42,621 bases of DNA from Caproiciproducens sp. (GCA_032090075.1 DAMDEB010000005.1:1-42621), one strand, 5' to 3'. Positions 7,466 to 17,377 are shown, numbered from the stretch's first letter. Numbers and translations: made by a program. Notes: generated by a model from the sequence alone, not told the origin.

Positions 7466-9290
7466 AAACAGAAAAAGAGAAAAATCAGTGCCGCAGGAGG
7501 ATGCAAAAATCAAGGATTTCCTTGACATGATCGCTCCGGGCATCATCAAATTCAACACCGACCACTTCATATGCGGCAACACCTACCGCTGTGTGTGGGT
7601 GCTGCGGGAATATCCCACAGCTACCGAGGAACAGGCCATCCTGCGCCACCTCGGAGAAAAGGACGGCGTGACCCTGCGCATCTACACCCGTCAGGTAACG
7701 GCGGCCGAGGAAAAGAAGATCATCCACAATGCCGCCAACAAAAATCGCATGGATAAGAGCAGTACCAACGATCTCCAGCAGACCGTCACCGCCGAAAGCA
7801 ATCTGCAGGATGTAGTGACGCTGGTCTCCTCCATGCACCGGAATCGGGAGCCGCTTCTGCACTGCGCTGTTTTTATCGAGCTGACCGCTCACGATTCCGA
7901 TGCGCTGAAGCTGCTCCAGACCGATGTGCTCACCGAGCTGGTGCGCTCCAAGCTCAATGTGGACCGGCTCATGCTGCGCCAGCGGGAGGGTTTTCTCGCC
8001 GTAGGCCCCGCTGGCTGGAATGTGTTCGCCAGCCAGTTTGAACGGGTGCTGCCCGCAAGCTCCGTGGCAAACCTCTATCCTTTCAACTACAGCGGTAAGA
8101 CCGACCCTCACGGCTTTTACCTCGGCAGGGATAAGTTCGGCTCCAATATCATTGCGGATTTTGACAAGCGCGACGATGACAAAACCAACGCCAATGTCCT
8201 GATACTCGGTAACTCCGGCCAAGGCAAGAGCTACCTGTTAAAGCTCATTCTCTGCAATATCCTCGAATCGGGCAAGTCGGTTCTGTGCCTTGATCCAGAG
8301 CACGAATATGTGGAGCTGGCGGAAAACCTCGGCGGCTGTTTCATTGATCTCATGTCGGGCCGGTACCGGATCAACCCGCTGGAGCCGAAAACATGGGACG
8401 AGGGCGGCAGCCCGGAGGACACCGACGCGCCCCAGGCGTTCCGCCAGTCCACCAAGCTCAGTCAGCACATCAGCTTTCTCAAGGATTTCTTCCGGTGCTA
8501 CAAAGATTTTTCCGACCGCCACATTGACGCCATTGAAATCATGCTGGGCAAGCTGTACGAACAGTTCGGAATCAGCGACCGCACCGATTTCAAGAGCCTT
8601 GCCGCCACGGACTACCCCATTTTGTCCGACCTCTATGCCCTGATTGAAGCCGAGTACAAGGGCTACGACAAAACCAAATACCAGCTCTACCCGCCGGAGC
8701 TTTTGCAGGAAATCCTGCTGGGGCTTCACTCCATGTGCATGGGCGCGGAAAGTCAGTTTTTCAACGGCCACACCAACGTAACCTCCGACCGCTTTATTGT
8801 GTTCGGAGTAAAAGGCTTGCTCCAGGCCAGTCGGAACGTGAAAAACGCCCTGCTGTTCAATGTTCTGTCCTTCATGAGCGACAAGCTTCTGACCGAGGGG
8901 AACACCGCCGCCTCCATTGACGAGTTGTATCTGTTCCTCACGAACCTGACAGCCATTGAATACATCCGCAATTTCATGAAGCGTGTGCGCAAGAAGGAAT
9001 CGGCGGTTATTCTTTCGTCACAGAACTTGGAGGACTTCAATATTGAGCACATCCGCGAATTGACCAAGCCGCTGTTTTCCATTCCGTCTCATGCGTTTCT
9101 GTTCAACGCAGGCAACATCGACAAGCGGTTCTATATCGACTCCCTCCAGCTGGAAGAAAGCGAATACAACCTGATCCGCTTTCCCCAGCGCGGTGTCTGC
9201 CTCTACAAATGCGGCATTGAGCGGTATAACCTCGCGGTTCACGCTCCGGCATATAAGGAGAAATTGTTCGGAACGGCGGGCGGCAGATAA
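7458..9290 (+). CDS. virB4: VirB4-family type IV secretion ATPase
   Basis: Walker A GNSGQGKS, LDPEHEY, Walker B-like SIDE, RVRKKES and SSQN motifs. Confidence 0.92.
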   Translation: MSKNRKREKSVPQEDAKIKDFLDMIAPGIIKFNTDHFICGNTYRCVWVLREYPTATEEQAILRHLGEKDGVTLRIYTRQVTAAEEKKIIHNAANKNRMDKSSTNDLQQTVTAESNLQDVVTLVSSMHRNREPLLHCAVFIELTAHDSDALKLLQTDVLTELVRSKLNVDRLMLRQREGFLAVGPAGWNVFASQFERVLPASSVANLYPFNYSGKTDPHGFYLGRDKFGSNIIADFDKRDDDKTNANVLILGNSGQGKSYLLKLILCNILESGKSVLCLDPEHEYVELAENLGGCFIDLMSGRYRINPLEPKTWDEGGSPEDTDAPQAFRQSTKLSQHISFLKDFFRCYKDFSDRHIDAIEIMLGKLYEQFGISDRTDFKSLAATDYPILSDLYALIEAEYKGYDKTKYQLYPPELLQEILLGLHSMCMGAESQFFNGHTNVTSDRFIVFGVKGLLQASRNVKNALLFNVLSFMSDKLLTEGNTAASIDELYLFLTNLTAIEYIRNFMKRVRKKESAVILSSQNLEDFNIEHIRELTKPLFSIPSHAFLFNAGNIDKRFYIDSLQLEESEYNLIRFPQRGVCLYKCGIERYNLAVHAPAYKEKLFGTAGGR

Positions 9291-9309
9291 CATGGAAAGG
9301 AGAAAAATC

Positions 9310-9789
9310 ATGAACAGACTGCAACAGCAGAAAGAAAACAAATCAGGACTCCTCGAAGATATGCTGTCCTTCATCCGCTACACACCCAATCGGGAGGCGG
9401 ATCTTTTAGCGTTTATGGAGAAATACCAGAAAGCGGATTGCGACGAGCGCCCCGCCATTTTGGAGCAGCTCCGGTGCTGCATGGATGGCAAGGAATACCC
9501 CGATCCCTACGCCGGGAGCTACCACTATACCCCGGAGGATGTGTCTGTCATGGGGCAGATTCTGGATGACTACATTGACGACCTCACCTTGGCGCAGGGT
9601 GATCCCGCCGCCGTTTCAGAGTGTGTGCGGGATACGGTGCTGAAAATCAATGCGCTCAACGAGGAATGCGGGCGGTATCTCATTGATACCTGGCGCAGGG
9701 AACGGCTGTGCGGCTTCATCAACTCTGCGGCGGAGCTGGCGGGGCTGTCTCAGGAAAAAGACCTGACCCTGCAGCACAGGATATGGTAA
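9310..9789 (+). CDS. Hypothetical protein
   Basis: RBS aaggag before the ATG at 9310; tight operon spacing. Confidence 0.75.
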   Translation: MNRLQQQKENKSGLLEDMLSFIRYTPNREADLLAFMEKYQKADCDERPAILEQLRCCMDGKEYPDPYAGSYHYTPEDVSVMGQILDDYIDDLTLAQGDPAAVSECVRDTVLKINALNEECGRYLIDTWRRERLCGFINSAAELAGLSQEKDLTLQHRIW

Positions 9790-9802
9790 AGGCGGTGAGT
9801 AA

Positions 9803-10840
9803 ATGGAGATACAGGGTCAGGATTTCGGGATTGAAATTGAAATGACCGGGCTTACCAGAAGCCGCGCTGCCGAGGTCATTGCCGAATATTTCGGCACCAC
9901 AAAAGAATATGAGGGCAGCTTCTATGACACCTATTTCGCAAGGGATACCACCGGCCGCAAATGGAAGGTCATGAGCGACGGCAGTCTGGACTGCCAGCGG
10001 AAGGAGGGCCGCAGGAAGGTCAGCGCCGACCGGAACTACAGCGTGGAGCTGGTCAGCCCCATCTGCCAGTACGGGGATATCGAAACGGTGCAGGAGCTGA
10101 TCCGCAGGCTCCGGGAGGCCGGTGCGTTTGTGAATTCCTCCTGTGGCATCCACATTCATATCAATGCCGCGCCCTTTGACGCACCCCACCTCCGTAATCT
10201 GGTCAACATCATGGCGGCCAAGGAGGATATGATTTACAAGGCGCTGAAGGTCTCGCGTGGGAGGGAAAGCCACTACTGCCAGAAGATTGACCCCGCTTTT
10301 TTAGAGCGGCTCAACCGGCAGAAGCCCGCCACCCTCGACCGGCTGAAAAGCCTCTGGTATAACGGCGGGGACGGCAGCCGGGAGCATTACCACCATAGCC
10401 GCTACCACTGCCTGAATCTGCACAGTGTGTTCCAAAAGGGTACGGTGGAATTCCGGGCGTTCAACGGAGAGCTGCACGCCGGAAAAATCAAGGCGTACAT
10501 CCAGTTCTGTCTTGCCATGACCGCGCAGGCGCTCAACCAGCGGTCGGCAAGTCCTACGAAAACACAGTCCAGCAATGAAAAATATACTTTCCGTGTTTGG
10601 CTTCTGCGCCTCGGTATGATCGGGGACGAGTTTAAAACCGCCCGTAAGCATCTGCTGGATCATCTGGAGGGCTGCATCGCGTGGAAAGACCCGGCACAGG
10701 CCCAAAGGCAAAAGGAACGGCTGCGTCAGAAGCGGGAGGCGGAGCGTCAGCAGACACAGGCTCCCCCGGAAGAAGCGGTGCCGGAACCTATTATGGAAGC
10801 GGAGGACGAGCAGTCCCCCGCTTTTACTATGTCCATGTAG
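9803..10840 (+). CDS. Putative amidoligase (COOH-NH2 ligase, Amidoligase_2 family)
   Basis: FGIEIE, DGS, ELVSP, SCGIHIH, RY..LN and GTVEFR motifs. Confidence 0.88.
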   Translation: MEIQGQDFGIEIEMTGLTRSRAAEVIAEYFGTTKEYEGSFYDTYFARDTTGRKWKVMSDGSLDCQRKEGRRKVSADRNYSVELVSPICQYGDIETVQELIRRLREAGAFVNSSCGIHIHINAAPFDAPHLRNLVNIMAAKEDMIYKALKVSRGRESHYCQKIDPAFLERLNRQKPATLDRLKSLWYNGGDGSREHYHHSRYHCLNLHSVFQKGTVEFRAFNGELHAGKIKAYIQFCLAMTAQALNQRSASPTKTQSSNEKYTFRVWLLRLGMIGDEFKTARKHLLDHLEGCIAWKDPAQAQRQKERLRQKREAERQQTQAPPEEAVPEPIMEAEDEQSPAFTMSM

Positions 10841-10852
10841 AAGGGAGAACGT

Positions 10853-11356
10853 ATGAAAAGCAAACTGTATATCGCCTATGGCAGCAATCTTAATCTGCCG
10901 CAGATGGCGCACCGGTGCCCATCCGCCAAGGTGGTGGGGGCATCCGAAATCAAGGATTATGCCCTTGTGTTCCGGGGCGGCCGAAACGGAGCCGTTGCCA
11001 CCATTGAGCCCTGCGAGGGTTCCTCCGTCCCTGTTTTGCTGTGGAAGATCACGCCGAAGGATGAAGCGGCGCTGGATGTTTATGAGGGCTTTCCCCGGTT
11101 CTATGACAAGGAACTGATGGAACTGCCACTGGATGGACAGTCGGTGTCCGCCATGGTCTATGTGATGACGCCGGGGCATCGCTTGGGGTATCCCTCGGAC
11201 TATTACTACAACACCATCCGTGAGGGCTACAAAACCGCGGGCTTTGACACCGCTGTTCTGGAGCAGGCGGTGGACTATACCGAGCAGCTCATGGCAAGTG
11301 AGCCGGAGCCGGAACAGCAGAGTCTATTCGGCTTTGGCGGTCTGAAATGGTGGTGA
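10853..11356 (+). CDS. Gamma-glutamylcyclotransferase (AIG2/GGCT-like) family protein
   Basis: YIAYGSNL, RCP, ATI, LDVYEG and PS..Y motifs. Confidence 0.9.
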   Translation: MKSKLYIAYGSNLNLPQMAHRCPSAKVVGASEIKDYALVFRGGRNGAVATIEPCEGSSVPVLLWKITPKDEAALDVYEGFPRFYDKELMELPLDGQSVSAMVYVMTPGHRLGYPSDYYYNTIREGYKTAGFDTAVLEQAVDYTEQLMASEPEPEQQSLFGFGGLKWW

Positions 11357-11360
11357 CGGC

Positions 11361-12869
11361 ATGGCAGATCCCGCAACCATCGCAGCTGTTGTAAAAGCCG
11401 CCGCTACCGCGCTCTCGGATGAACGCACCCGGAAAACCATCTGCTGGATCATTGCCGCCGTCCTGTCCCCGCTGATTTTGGTCGTCGTGCTGGTCTGCTC
11501 CTTGCTTTCCGGCACCACAAACCACAACAACACCGCCGTGGAGCTGTGCTTTCACGGCGGTGTCATTCCGGCGAGTATGCCTGCGGAGTACCGGGAATAC
11601 ATCGGGGATATGCGCCAGAGCTTCACCCTCATAGACAATGCCATCGATAACGTGAACGCAGAGATGGAGGACGGCGACAGCCTTGACAATTACCGGGTCA
11701 AGGCAATTTTTTATTCTCTGTTCTTCGGCGCAGCGTCCCCCTCCCGACTGGAACACCGGCGCTATGTGGACTGCTTTGTGACGTATGAGGAACGCACCCG
11801 CACCGTGGAGAACGGCGACGGCACCACCTCGGAAGAAACCTATACCGTAGCCGTACCCATCACCTCTCTGCCCGCTGTCTACAACAACATCCGCGCGCTG
11901 TTCGGCAGAGCCGTCACTTATGAGGATCAGGCCAACGCCAATGAAATCTATTACCGCGCCCGATATGGCACCGGCGCGCCCATGGAAGATGACAATTCCG
12001 GGCTGTGGGAGGACTGGACGCCGGATCAGATGGACGGTTTTTATTCCGATTTGCCTGTCGGAGAAGCGGGTGCACAGGCTGTCCGGCTGGGGCTTTCCCG
12101 CCTTGGAGACCCGTATTCGCAGGAGCTTCGAGGACAGGGCAGCTACACCGACTGCAGCTATCTTGTACAGTGGGTGTACAAAAAGCTGGGGGTAAATCTG
12201 CCTGGCACGGCTGCGGCGCAGGGCAAATACTGCGTGGACAACGGGCTGACGATTCCAAAATCCAGCCTTGCTCCCGGAGATTTGGTGTTCTGGAGCCACA
12301 AGCCCAACGACCGCTTCATGAACATTACCCACGTTGGCATCTACGCCGGGGACGGCAAGGTGGTGGACGCATCCTCCTCGAAAGGACAGGTCGTCTACCG
12401 GGATTTGTTCGATTCCGGCAAGCAGGTGCTGTACGCAAGACCCTACGCGGAAGCGCCGGAAGCCTCCGCCTCCGGCTTGATTTCTCCGCTGGGTAAGAAC
12501 TGGCGCTCCATGGTGACCTCTGAATTCGGCGGCAGGACGGACCCGCTCACCGGCGAGTGGGCGGGGCATTCCGGTATTGATCTCGGCGCATCGAAAGGCA
12601 CCTCCATCCGTGCGGCACAGGCGGGAACAGTGAAAACCGTAGTCTATGGCAGCACCGGCTACGGCTATTATCTCACCATTGACCACGGCGGCGGGCTGGT
12701 CACCTTATACGGTCACTGCTCTGAGATTCTCGTCCGTGAGGGGCAAACCGTGAAAGCCGGGGAAACCGTTGCCAAGGTGGGTTCCACCGGGCGCAGCACC
12801 GGAAACCATCTGCACTTTGAGGTGCGGGTGAACGGTGTGAAGCAAAATCCGAGAAATTATCTACCATAA
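11361..12869 (+). CDS. Conjugative cell-wall hydrolase with NlpC/P60 and M23 peptidase domains
   Basis: N-terminal TM; DCS, PGDLVF and HVGIY (NlpC/P60); HSGID, YGH and STGNHLHFE (M23). Confidence 0.92.
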   Translation: MADPATIAAVVKAAATALSDERTRKTICWIIAAVLSPLILVVVLVCSLLSGTTNHNNTAVELCFHGGVIPASMPAEYREYIGDMRQSFTLIDNAIDNVNAEMEDGDSLDNYRVKAIFYSLFFGAASPSRLEHRRYVDCFVTYEERTRTVENGDGTTSEETYTVAVPITSLPAVYNNIRALFGRAVTYEDQANANEIYYRARYGTGAPMEDDNSGLWEDWTPDQMDGFYSDLPVGEAGAQAVRLGLSRLGDPYSQELRGQGSYTDCSYLVQWVYKKLGVNLPGTAAAQGKYCVDNGLTIPKSSLAPGDLVFWSHKPNDRFMNITHVGIYAGDGKVVDASSSKGQVVYRDLFDSGKQVLYARPYAEAPEASASGLISPLGKNWRSMVTSEFGGRTDPLTGEWAGHSGIDLGASKGTSIRAAQAGTVKTVVYGSTGYGYYLTIDHGGGLVTLYGHCSEILVREGQTVKAGETVAKVGSTGRSTGNHLHFEVRVNGVKQNPRNYLP

Positions 12870-12893
12870 ATTTAAGAAGGAAGGGCTGATTTT

Positions 12894-13268
12894 ATGCGTG
12901 AGAACAAGATTAAGGTACTCAAAATTGAGCCGGGGCAGGCGCCCCATGTCAAGGAAATTCAAAATGACCTTGCCAGCCTGCAGGCGGAGGTGGGCGGCCT
13001 GATTGAATGCATCAGCTTTCCCAACGGCTGCGTTGCCGTCTGCAATGAGGAAGGCAAAATAAACGGAATGCCGCCCAACAGGCGGCTGGGCGCGGACATT
13101 ATCTGCGGTCCGTTTTTTGTCTGCGACACCACCTATGACGGCAACTTTACCTCGCTCGGCAAGAGTAAGGTCGCGGAATACAGCCAGCTTTTTGCTGACA
13201 TTCCCGAATTCACCGGGCAGGAACCGGAGCTGGAACCCGGCTTCACCTTTATGGGATTTCGATTTTAA
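12894..13268 (+). CDS. DUF3846-like protein
   Basis: LQAEVGGLIE, CNEEGK, PPNR and DIICGPFFV motifs. Confidence 0.8.
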   Translation: MRENKIKVLKIEPGQAPHVKEIQNDLASLQAEVGGLIECISFPNGCVAVCNEEGKINGMPPNRRLGADIICGPFFVCDTTYDGNFTSLGKSKVAEYSQLFADIPEFTGQEPELEPGFTFMGFRF

Positions 13269-13282
13269 GGAGGACACTCAGC

Positions 13283-13549
13283 ATGAAAAAAGAAAGCATT
13301 ACCGTGCAAATGGACGGCGAAAAGCTCCGTGCGGTGAAACGCTACATGGAGAAAAAGGATGCGGATCTCACACAGGAGCTCTGCGATTCCTTGCAGAAGC
13401 TCTATGAAAAATACGTTCCGTCTTCCGTCCGGGAATATATTGACGAGGGCTGCGAGGATGCTCCCGCCACCGCTTCGCCCAAAAAGCAAAAAGAAAAAGA
13501 GAAATCTGCTCCTGCCGCTGATGGCACACAGGACAGGGCGGCACATTAA
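13283..13549 (+). CDS. Small hypothetical protein (DUF6103-like, possible RHH)
   Basis: RBS aaggagg; LYEKYVP..VREYI motif. Confidence 0.7.
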   Translation: MKKESITVQMDGEKLRAVKRYMEKKDADLTQELCDSLQKLYEKYVPSSVREYIDEGCEDAPATASPKKQKEKEKSAPAADGTQDRAAH

Positions 13550-13599
13550 GGCGCATGCCCGTCCCCCAGCGTTGCCCCCTGTTCGCCCCTGTGTGCCGC

Positions 13600-13905
13600 T
13601 TTGACAGGCGGTGTGGCATCCATGCACCCATCCCACTCTAAACGGCAACGTGAGGGCTTTGTGCGAGCGTTGGGAAAAGGCTCTCTGCACCCCAAATCCA
13701 GCAGTCTCCACGGTCGAAAAAAGAGCAGGATAAAGGCGGGTGGTCGCAAGCGCCCTCCCGCCGTCCACTTCGCCCAGCAGTGCTGGACGTTTTTTACACC
13801 TTCCCGTGAGGTGGTCGGATTGGGGAATTGTCACGGTCAGGGTGGTCGGAATCTGCGAAAACGCAGTGACACAAAGGATTTTATACGGTCACCTCACAGG
13901 TGAAC
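13600..13905. other. Candidate origin of transfer (oriT) region
   Basis: Non-coding gap before the RHH and relaxase genes; hairpin at 13735-13762; three ggtggtcg copies. Confidence 0.45.
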
Positions 13906-13929
13906 ACCCACAAAAATGGAGGTTTTACC

Positions 13930-14346
13930 ATGAAAAACAACAAGGAACGAACGGCGGTCTGGCTGTACCCCGAAACCATGGAACGGCTGGACGGCTGGCT
14001 GAATCAGGACAACTGCAAAAGTCGCAGTGAGTTTATCGAAAAGGCGCTCTGCTTTTACATGGGCTACCTTGGAACGGAGGACACCTCCTCCTATCTTTCC
14101 AAGGCCCTGCTTTCTTCCATGGAGGGAACGCTGCAGAAAACCGAGAACCGGGTGGCAAGCAATCTGTTTCGCCTCTCGGTGGAAATTAGTATGATGATGC
14201 ATCTGCTGGCAACTACGCTGGAGGTTACCGATGAGGAACTGCACCGGCTTCGCGGCCGGTGCGTTGCCGAGGTGAAAAAGACCAAAGGGAAAATTCGTCT
14301 GGATGATGCGGTGGAGTTCCAGAACGGCGCCGAGGCTGAAGAATAA
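13930..14346 (+). CDS. Ribbon-helix-helix relaxosome accessory protein (MobC-like)
   Basis: N-terminal RTAVWL...SRSEFIEKAL; RBS ggagg; TAATG coupling to the relaxase. Confidence 0.75.
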   Translation: MKNNKERTAVWLYPETMERLDGWLNQDNCKSRSEFIEKALCFYMGYLGTEDTSSYLSKALLSSMEGTLQKTENRVASNLFRLSVEISMMMHLLATTLEVTDEELHRLRGRCVAEVKKTKGKIRLDDAVEFQNGAEAEE

Positions 14347-17228
14347 TGGCGCGGATCATTCTCAAGGTTCCCTATCTCAAGGGCGGGGAAAAGACCGCCG
14401 CCCATTTAAATAACCTCGTCAAATACATTGCCACCCGTGACGGTGTGGAAAAAATGGAGAGTGCCCACCGGCTCTGGCATTCCACCAAAAAGCAACAGGA
14501 GCTGATCGCGCAGATACTACGGGAGTTTCCTGATACCAAGGATTTATTTGAATACGAGGATTACTGTAAGAATCCTAACCGTGGAAATGCCTCGGAGTTT
14601 ATCTCCATTGCGCTGGAACAGAACCTTGATCAAATCAGCGGCCGGGAAAAATATCTGGATTACATCGCAAACCGTCCCCGCGTCGAAAAGTTCGACAGTC
14701 ATGGTCTGTTCACCGCCGGGGATGCGCCGCTGGTCTTAGCGCAGGTTGCTGACGAAGTGGCCTCCCACACCGGCAATGTCTGGGCGCCGATTATTTCCCT
14801 GCGCCGTGAGGATGCCACCCGGCTGGGCTATGACAACGCCCGTGCATGGAAAGCGCTGCTTTCCTCCAAAGCGATGGAACTTGCGGAGAATCTGAAAATA
14901 CATCCGGACCACCTGAAATGGTACGCCGCATTTCATAATGAATCGCACCACCCGCATGTTCACATGGTCTGCTACAGTACAAATCCGCAGGAGGGCTACC
15001 TTACCAAGCAGGGCATCCGTAAAATGAAATCCGCTCTGGCAAATGAGATTTTCCGGCAGGAGCTGATTCCGCTCTACGGAGAAAAGTCCCAGCGGCGGGA
15101 TGATGTAAAGCAGCAGGCCGCCGAAGCCATGGGAGAGCTGATTCGCCAGATGAAGGGCGGCGCGTTGGTCAGTGAGCGCATGGAACAGCTCCTCACCCAT
15201 CTGGCGGAGCGTCTGAAAACGGTCAGCGGCAAAAAACGGTACGGCTACCTGAAAGCTGACCTGAAAAATGTGGTGGATGAAATCGTGGATGAGCTTGCCA
15301 AGGACAGCCGCATTGCCGAAGCCTACCGCCTGTGGTGGGAGGTCAGGGGCAGGATTGAGTCCGTCTACACCGAAACACCCTCCGAGCCGCCGCCCCTTTC
15401 CCGCTGCGAGGATTTCAAACCCATCCGCAATAGGGTCATTCAGGAGGCATTAAACCTTGGCAGCGGTACGATGACCTTTGAGGAACCGGCCTCTGTGGAA
15501 ACCGCTCTGCCGGACGCCACCCCGGATGACGATACACCCGCCGTGGAGTCTGCCCCGGATAACACACCCGCCGAACCGGAGGATGCTTCCGAACCGCCGC
15601 CCGCTCAGTCCTTCAGCAGTGGGGAGAAAGCCCCCACCTCATGGTGGACGGAGGAATACAAGCTGGCAAAGCAACATCTGCATGGCGATGAGGATGCCGG
15701 AATCCCGCAGAATTTTGAAAAAGCCCGTGAACTTTTCCTCGCAGAAGCGGATAAAGAGAATCCCCTGGCACTCTATGATCTTGGTCGTATGACCGCCGAC
15801 GGGCTTGGGTGCGAAGCGAACGCCGATGCAGCCTATGGCTGGTACGAAAAAGCCCTTGCGGTGTTTCATGCTGCCGAGGAAGAAAAGCCTTGGAAGTACA
15901 CCGAGTACCGCATCGGCAAAATGGTCGCCGCAGGGCTTGGCACAGAGCAGGACTATTTACAAGCGGCGGACTGGCTCACTCTTTCTGCAAACGAGAAGTA
16001 CAAATATGCGCAGTATTCCCTCGGCGGTCTGTATTACCACGGCAAGGGCGTGGAGCAGAATCATGAAATCGCCTTTGCCCTCTACACCCGCTCGGCGGAC
16101 CAGAGCTTTCCCTATGCCAACTTTGAGCTTGGTAAAATGCTGCGGGACGGCATCGGTTGCGAAAAAAACAGTGTGGAAGCTGACCGGCGTTTCAAGGAAG
16201 CCTTTCTCGGCTTTGTCTTTCTGGAGGAAAAAGGGCACGACGATAAGCTCCAGTACCGGCTGGGATGGATGCTTCTGAACGGCGTCGGCACGGAAATGAA
16301 TGAGACAAAAGCAAAGGAATACTTTGAAAAGGCGGCAACGGTGGGAAATCCCTTTGCCTGCTACCAGCTTGCCAAGCTCATTCTCTCCGATGAAAAAATA
16401 CAACCGCAAGAGGTAGAAAAGGCCCTTGGCTATCTCAGGAAAGCGGTGGAGGCTGAAAACCCCTATGCCGCATACTTTCTCGGCAAGCTCTATGAAAAGG
16501 GAGAGCACGTTCCGAAAAACATCTCCGAGGCAGTACGGCTCTATACCCTGTCGGCAGAGTGGGACAACGATTTTGCCGCATACCGGCTCGGCAAGCTGTA
16601 CCTTGGCGGCGAGGGCGTCCTCAAAGATGTGGAAGCCGCAATCCGCTGGCTGACCTTTGCCGCCGACCGAAAGAATCCATTTGCCGAATATGCCCTCGGC
16701 ATTCTCTATCTCAAGGGAGAGGATGTTCCGAAGAATGTGTCCAAGGCATTGGAATACCTGAAACGCTCCGCCGCACAGGGAAATCAGTTCGCACAATACC
16801 GGTTGGGCAAGGTTTACCTCATGGGAGAAGATGTGCAAAAGGACATTACGGCCGCCCTGCAATTTCTGACGGCTGCCGCTGAACAGGGCAATCAATATGC
16901 GCAGTACACTCTCGGAAAACTGTACCTGATGGAAAAAGACATTCCCAAGGACAAGGAAGCCGCTGTCCGGTGGTTTACCCTCTCGGCGGCGCAGGGCAAT
17001 GTTTACGCGCAGTTTTTCCTTGACCATATAGATGAGTTCAAAGACCCCTCCGTCCTGCTGGCGGGCACACGGCTCCTGCATCACATGAGCCGTGTGTTTG
17101 CAGACAACGCGCCGCCTCTGAAACCGCCCGGACAGCGCGCCGACCGCAAGCTCCTGCGCAAACTCCGGGAGAAGAAGCAGGCGCAGGGCCATGCGCGGGA
17201 CGACTACGAACAGACCATGTCACTCTAA
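14346..17228 (+). CDS. MobP3/MobL-type relaxase fused to about 12 Sel1-like repeats
   Basis: YIATR and YIANRP tyrosine motifs, W..IISL, HUH motif AAFHNESHHPHVH; 36-aa AQYxLGxxYxxG repeats. Confidence 0.88.
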   Translation: MARIILKVPYLKGGEKTAAHLNNLVKYIATRDGVEKMESAHRLWHSTKKQQELIAQILREFPDTKDLFEYEDYCKNPNRGNASEFISIALEQNLDQISGREKYLDYIANRPRVEKFDSHGLFTAGDAPLVLAQVADEVASHTGNVWAPIISLRREDATRLGYDNARAWKALLSSKAMELAENLKIHPDHLKWYAAFHNESHHPHVHMVCYSTNPQEGYLTKQGIRKMKSALANEIFRQELIPLYGEKSQRRDDVKQQAAEAMGELIRQMKGGALVSERMEQLLTHLAERLKTVSGKKRYGYLKADLKNVVDEIVDELAKDSRIAEAYRLWWEVRGRIESVYTETPSEPPPLSRCEDFKPIRNRVIQEALNLGSGTMTFEEPASVETALPDATPDDDTPAVESAPDNTPAEPEDASEPPPAQSFSSGEKAPTSWWTEEYKLAKQHLHGDEDAGIPQNFEKARELFLAEADKENPLALYDLGRMTADGLGCEANADAAYGWYEKALAVFHAAEEEKPWKYTEYRIGKMVAAGLGTEQDYLQAADWLTLSANEKYKYAQYSLGGLYYHGKGVEQNHEIAFALYTRSADQSFPYANFELGKMLRDGIGCEKNSVEADRRFKEAFLGFVFLEEKGHDDKLQYRLGWMLLNGVGTEMNETKAKEYFEKAATVGNPFACYQLAKLILSDEKIQPQEVEKALGYLRKAVEAENPYAAYFLGKLYEKGEHVPKNISEAVRLYTLSAEWDNDFAAYRLGKLYLGGEGVLKDVEAAIRWLTFAADRKNPFAEYALGILYLKGEDVPKNVSKALEYLKRSAAQGNQFAQYRLGKVYLMGEDVQKDITAALQFLTAAAEQGNQYAQYTLGKLYLMEKDIPKDKEAAVRWFTLSAAQGNVYAQFFLDHIDEFKDPSVLLAGTRLLHHMSRVFADNAPPLKPPGQRADRKLLRKLREKKQAQGHARDDYEQTMSL
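15651..17020 (+). repeat. Sel1-like (TPR-related) repeat array within the relaxase
   Basis: About 12 units of the form A.Y.LG..Y..G..V.KD...A..W...AA.QGN. Confidence 0.85.
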
Positions 17229-17308
17229 AAATGATTGGAGGATACCCGTGAAAAAGCAGAAAAAGAAAACCGGGCGGATACCTATTCAGAAAAACCGGTA
17301 CCCAAAGC

Positions 17309-17340
17309 AATGCCGTCCTGTAAAAAGGGCGGCATTTTTT
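17309..17340 (+). terminator. Intrinsic terminator-like hairpin between the relaxase and Toprim genes
   Basis: aatgccgtcct/agggcggcatt stem plus T-tract. Confidence 0.7.
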
Positions 17341-17377
17341 CATCAAATCGGCAATCGCCATAGTTAGGAGGTGCTCT

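Noticed and set aside
9193..9309. Extended N-termini given by the ORF track here and at 21320, 22273, 23023, 25759, 26828, 32371, 33376, 38080 and 42160
   Set aside because: Downstream starts have clear Shine-Dalgarno sequences and match where the domains begin.
11289..12686. 465-aa minus-strand ORF, and similar long antisense ORFs at 10301-11179, 15957-17192, 19002-19853 and 37744-38655
   Set aside because: They shadow well-supported plus-strand genes in GC-rich sequence and show no recognisable motifs or RBS.
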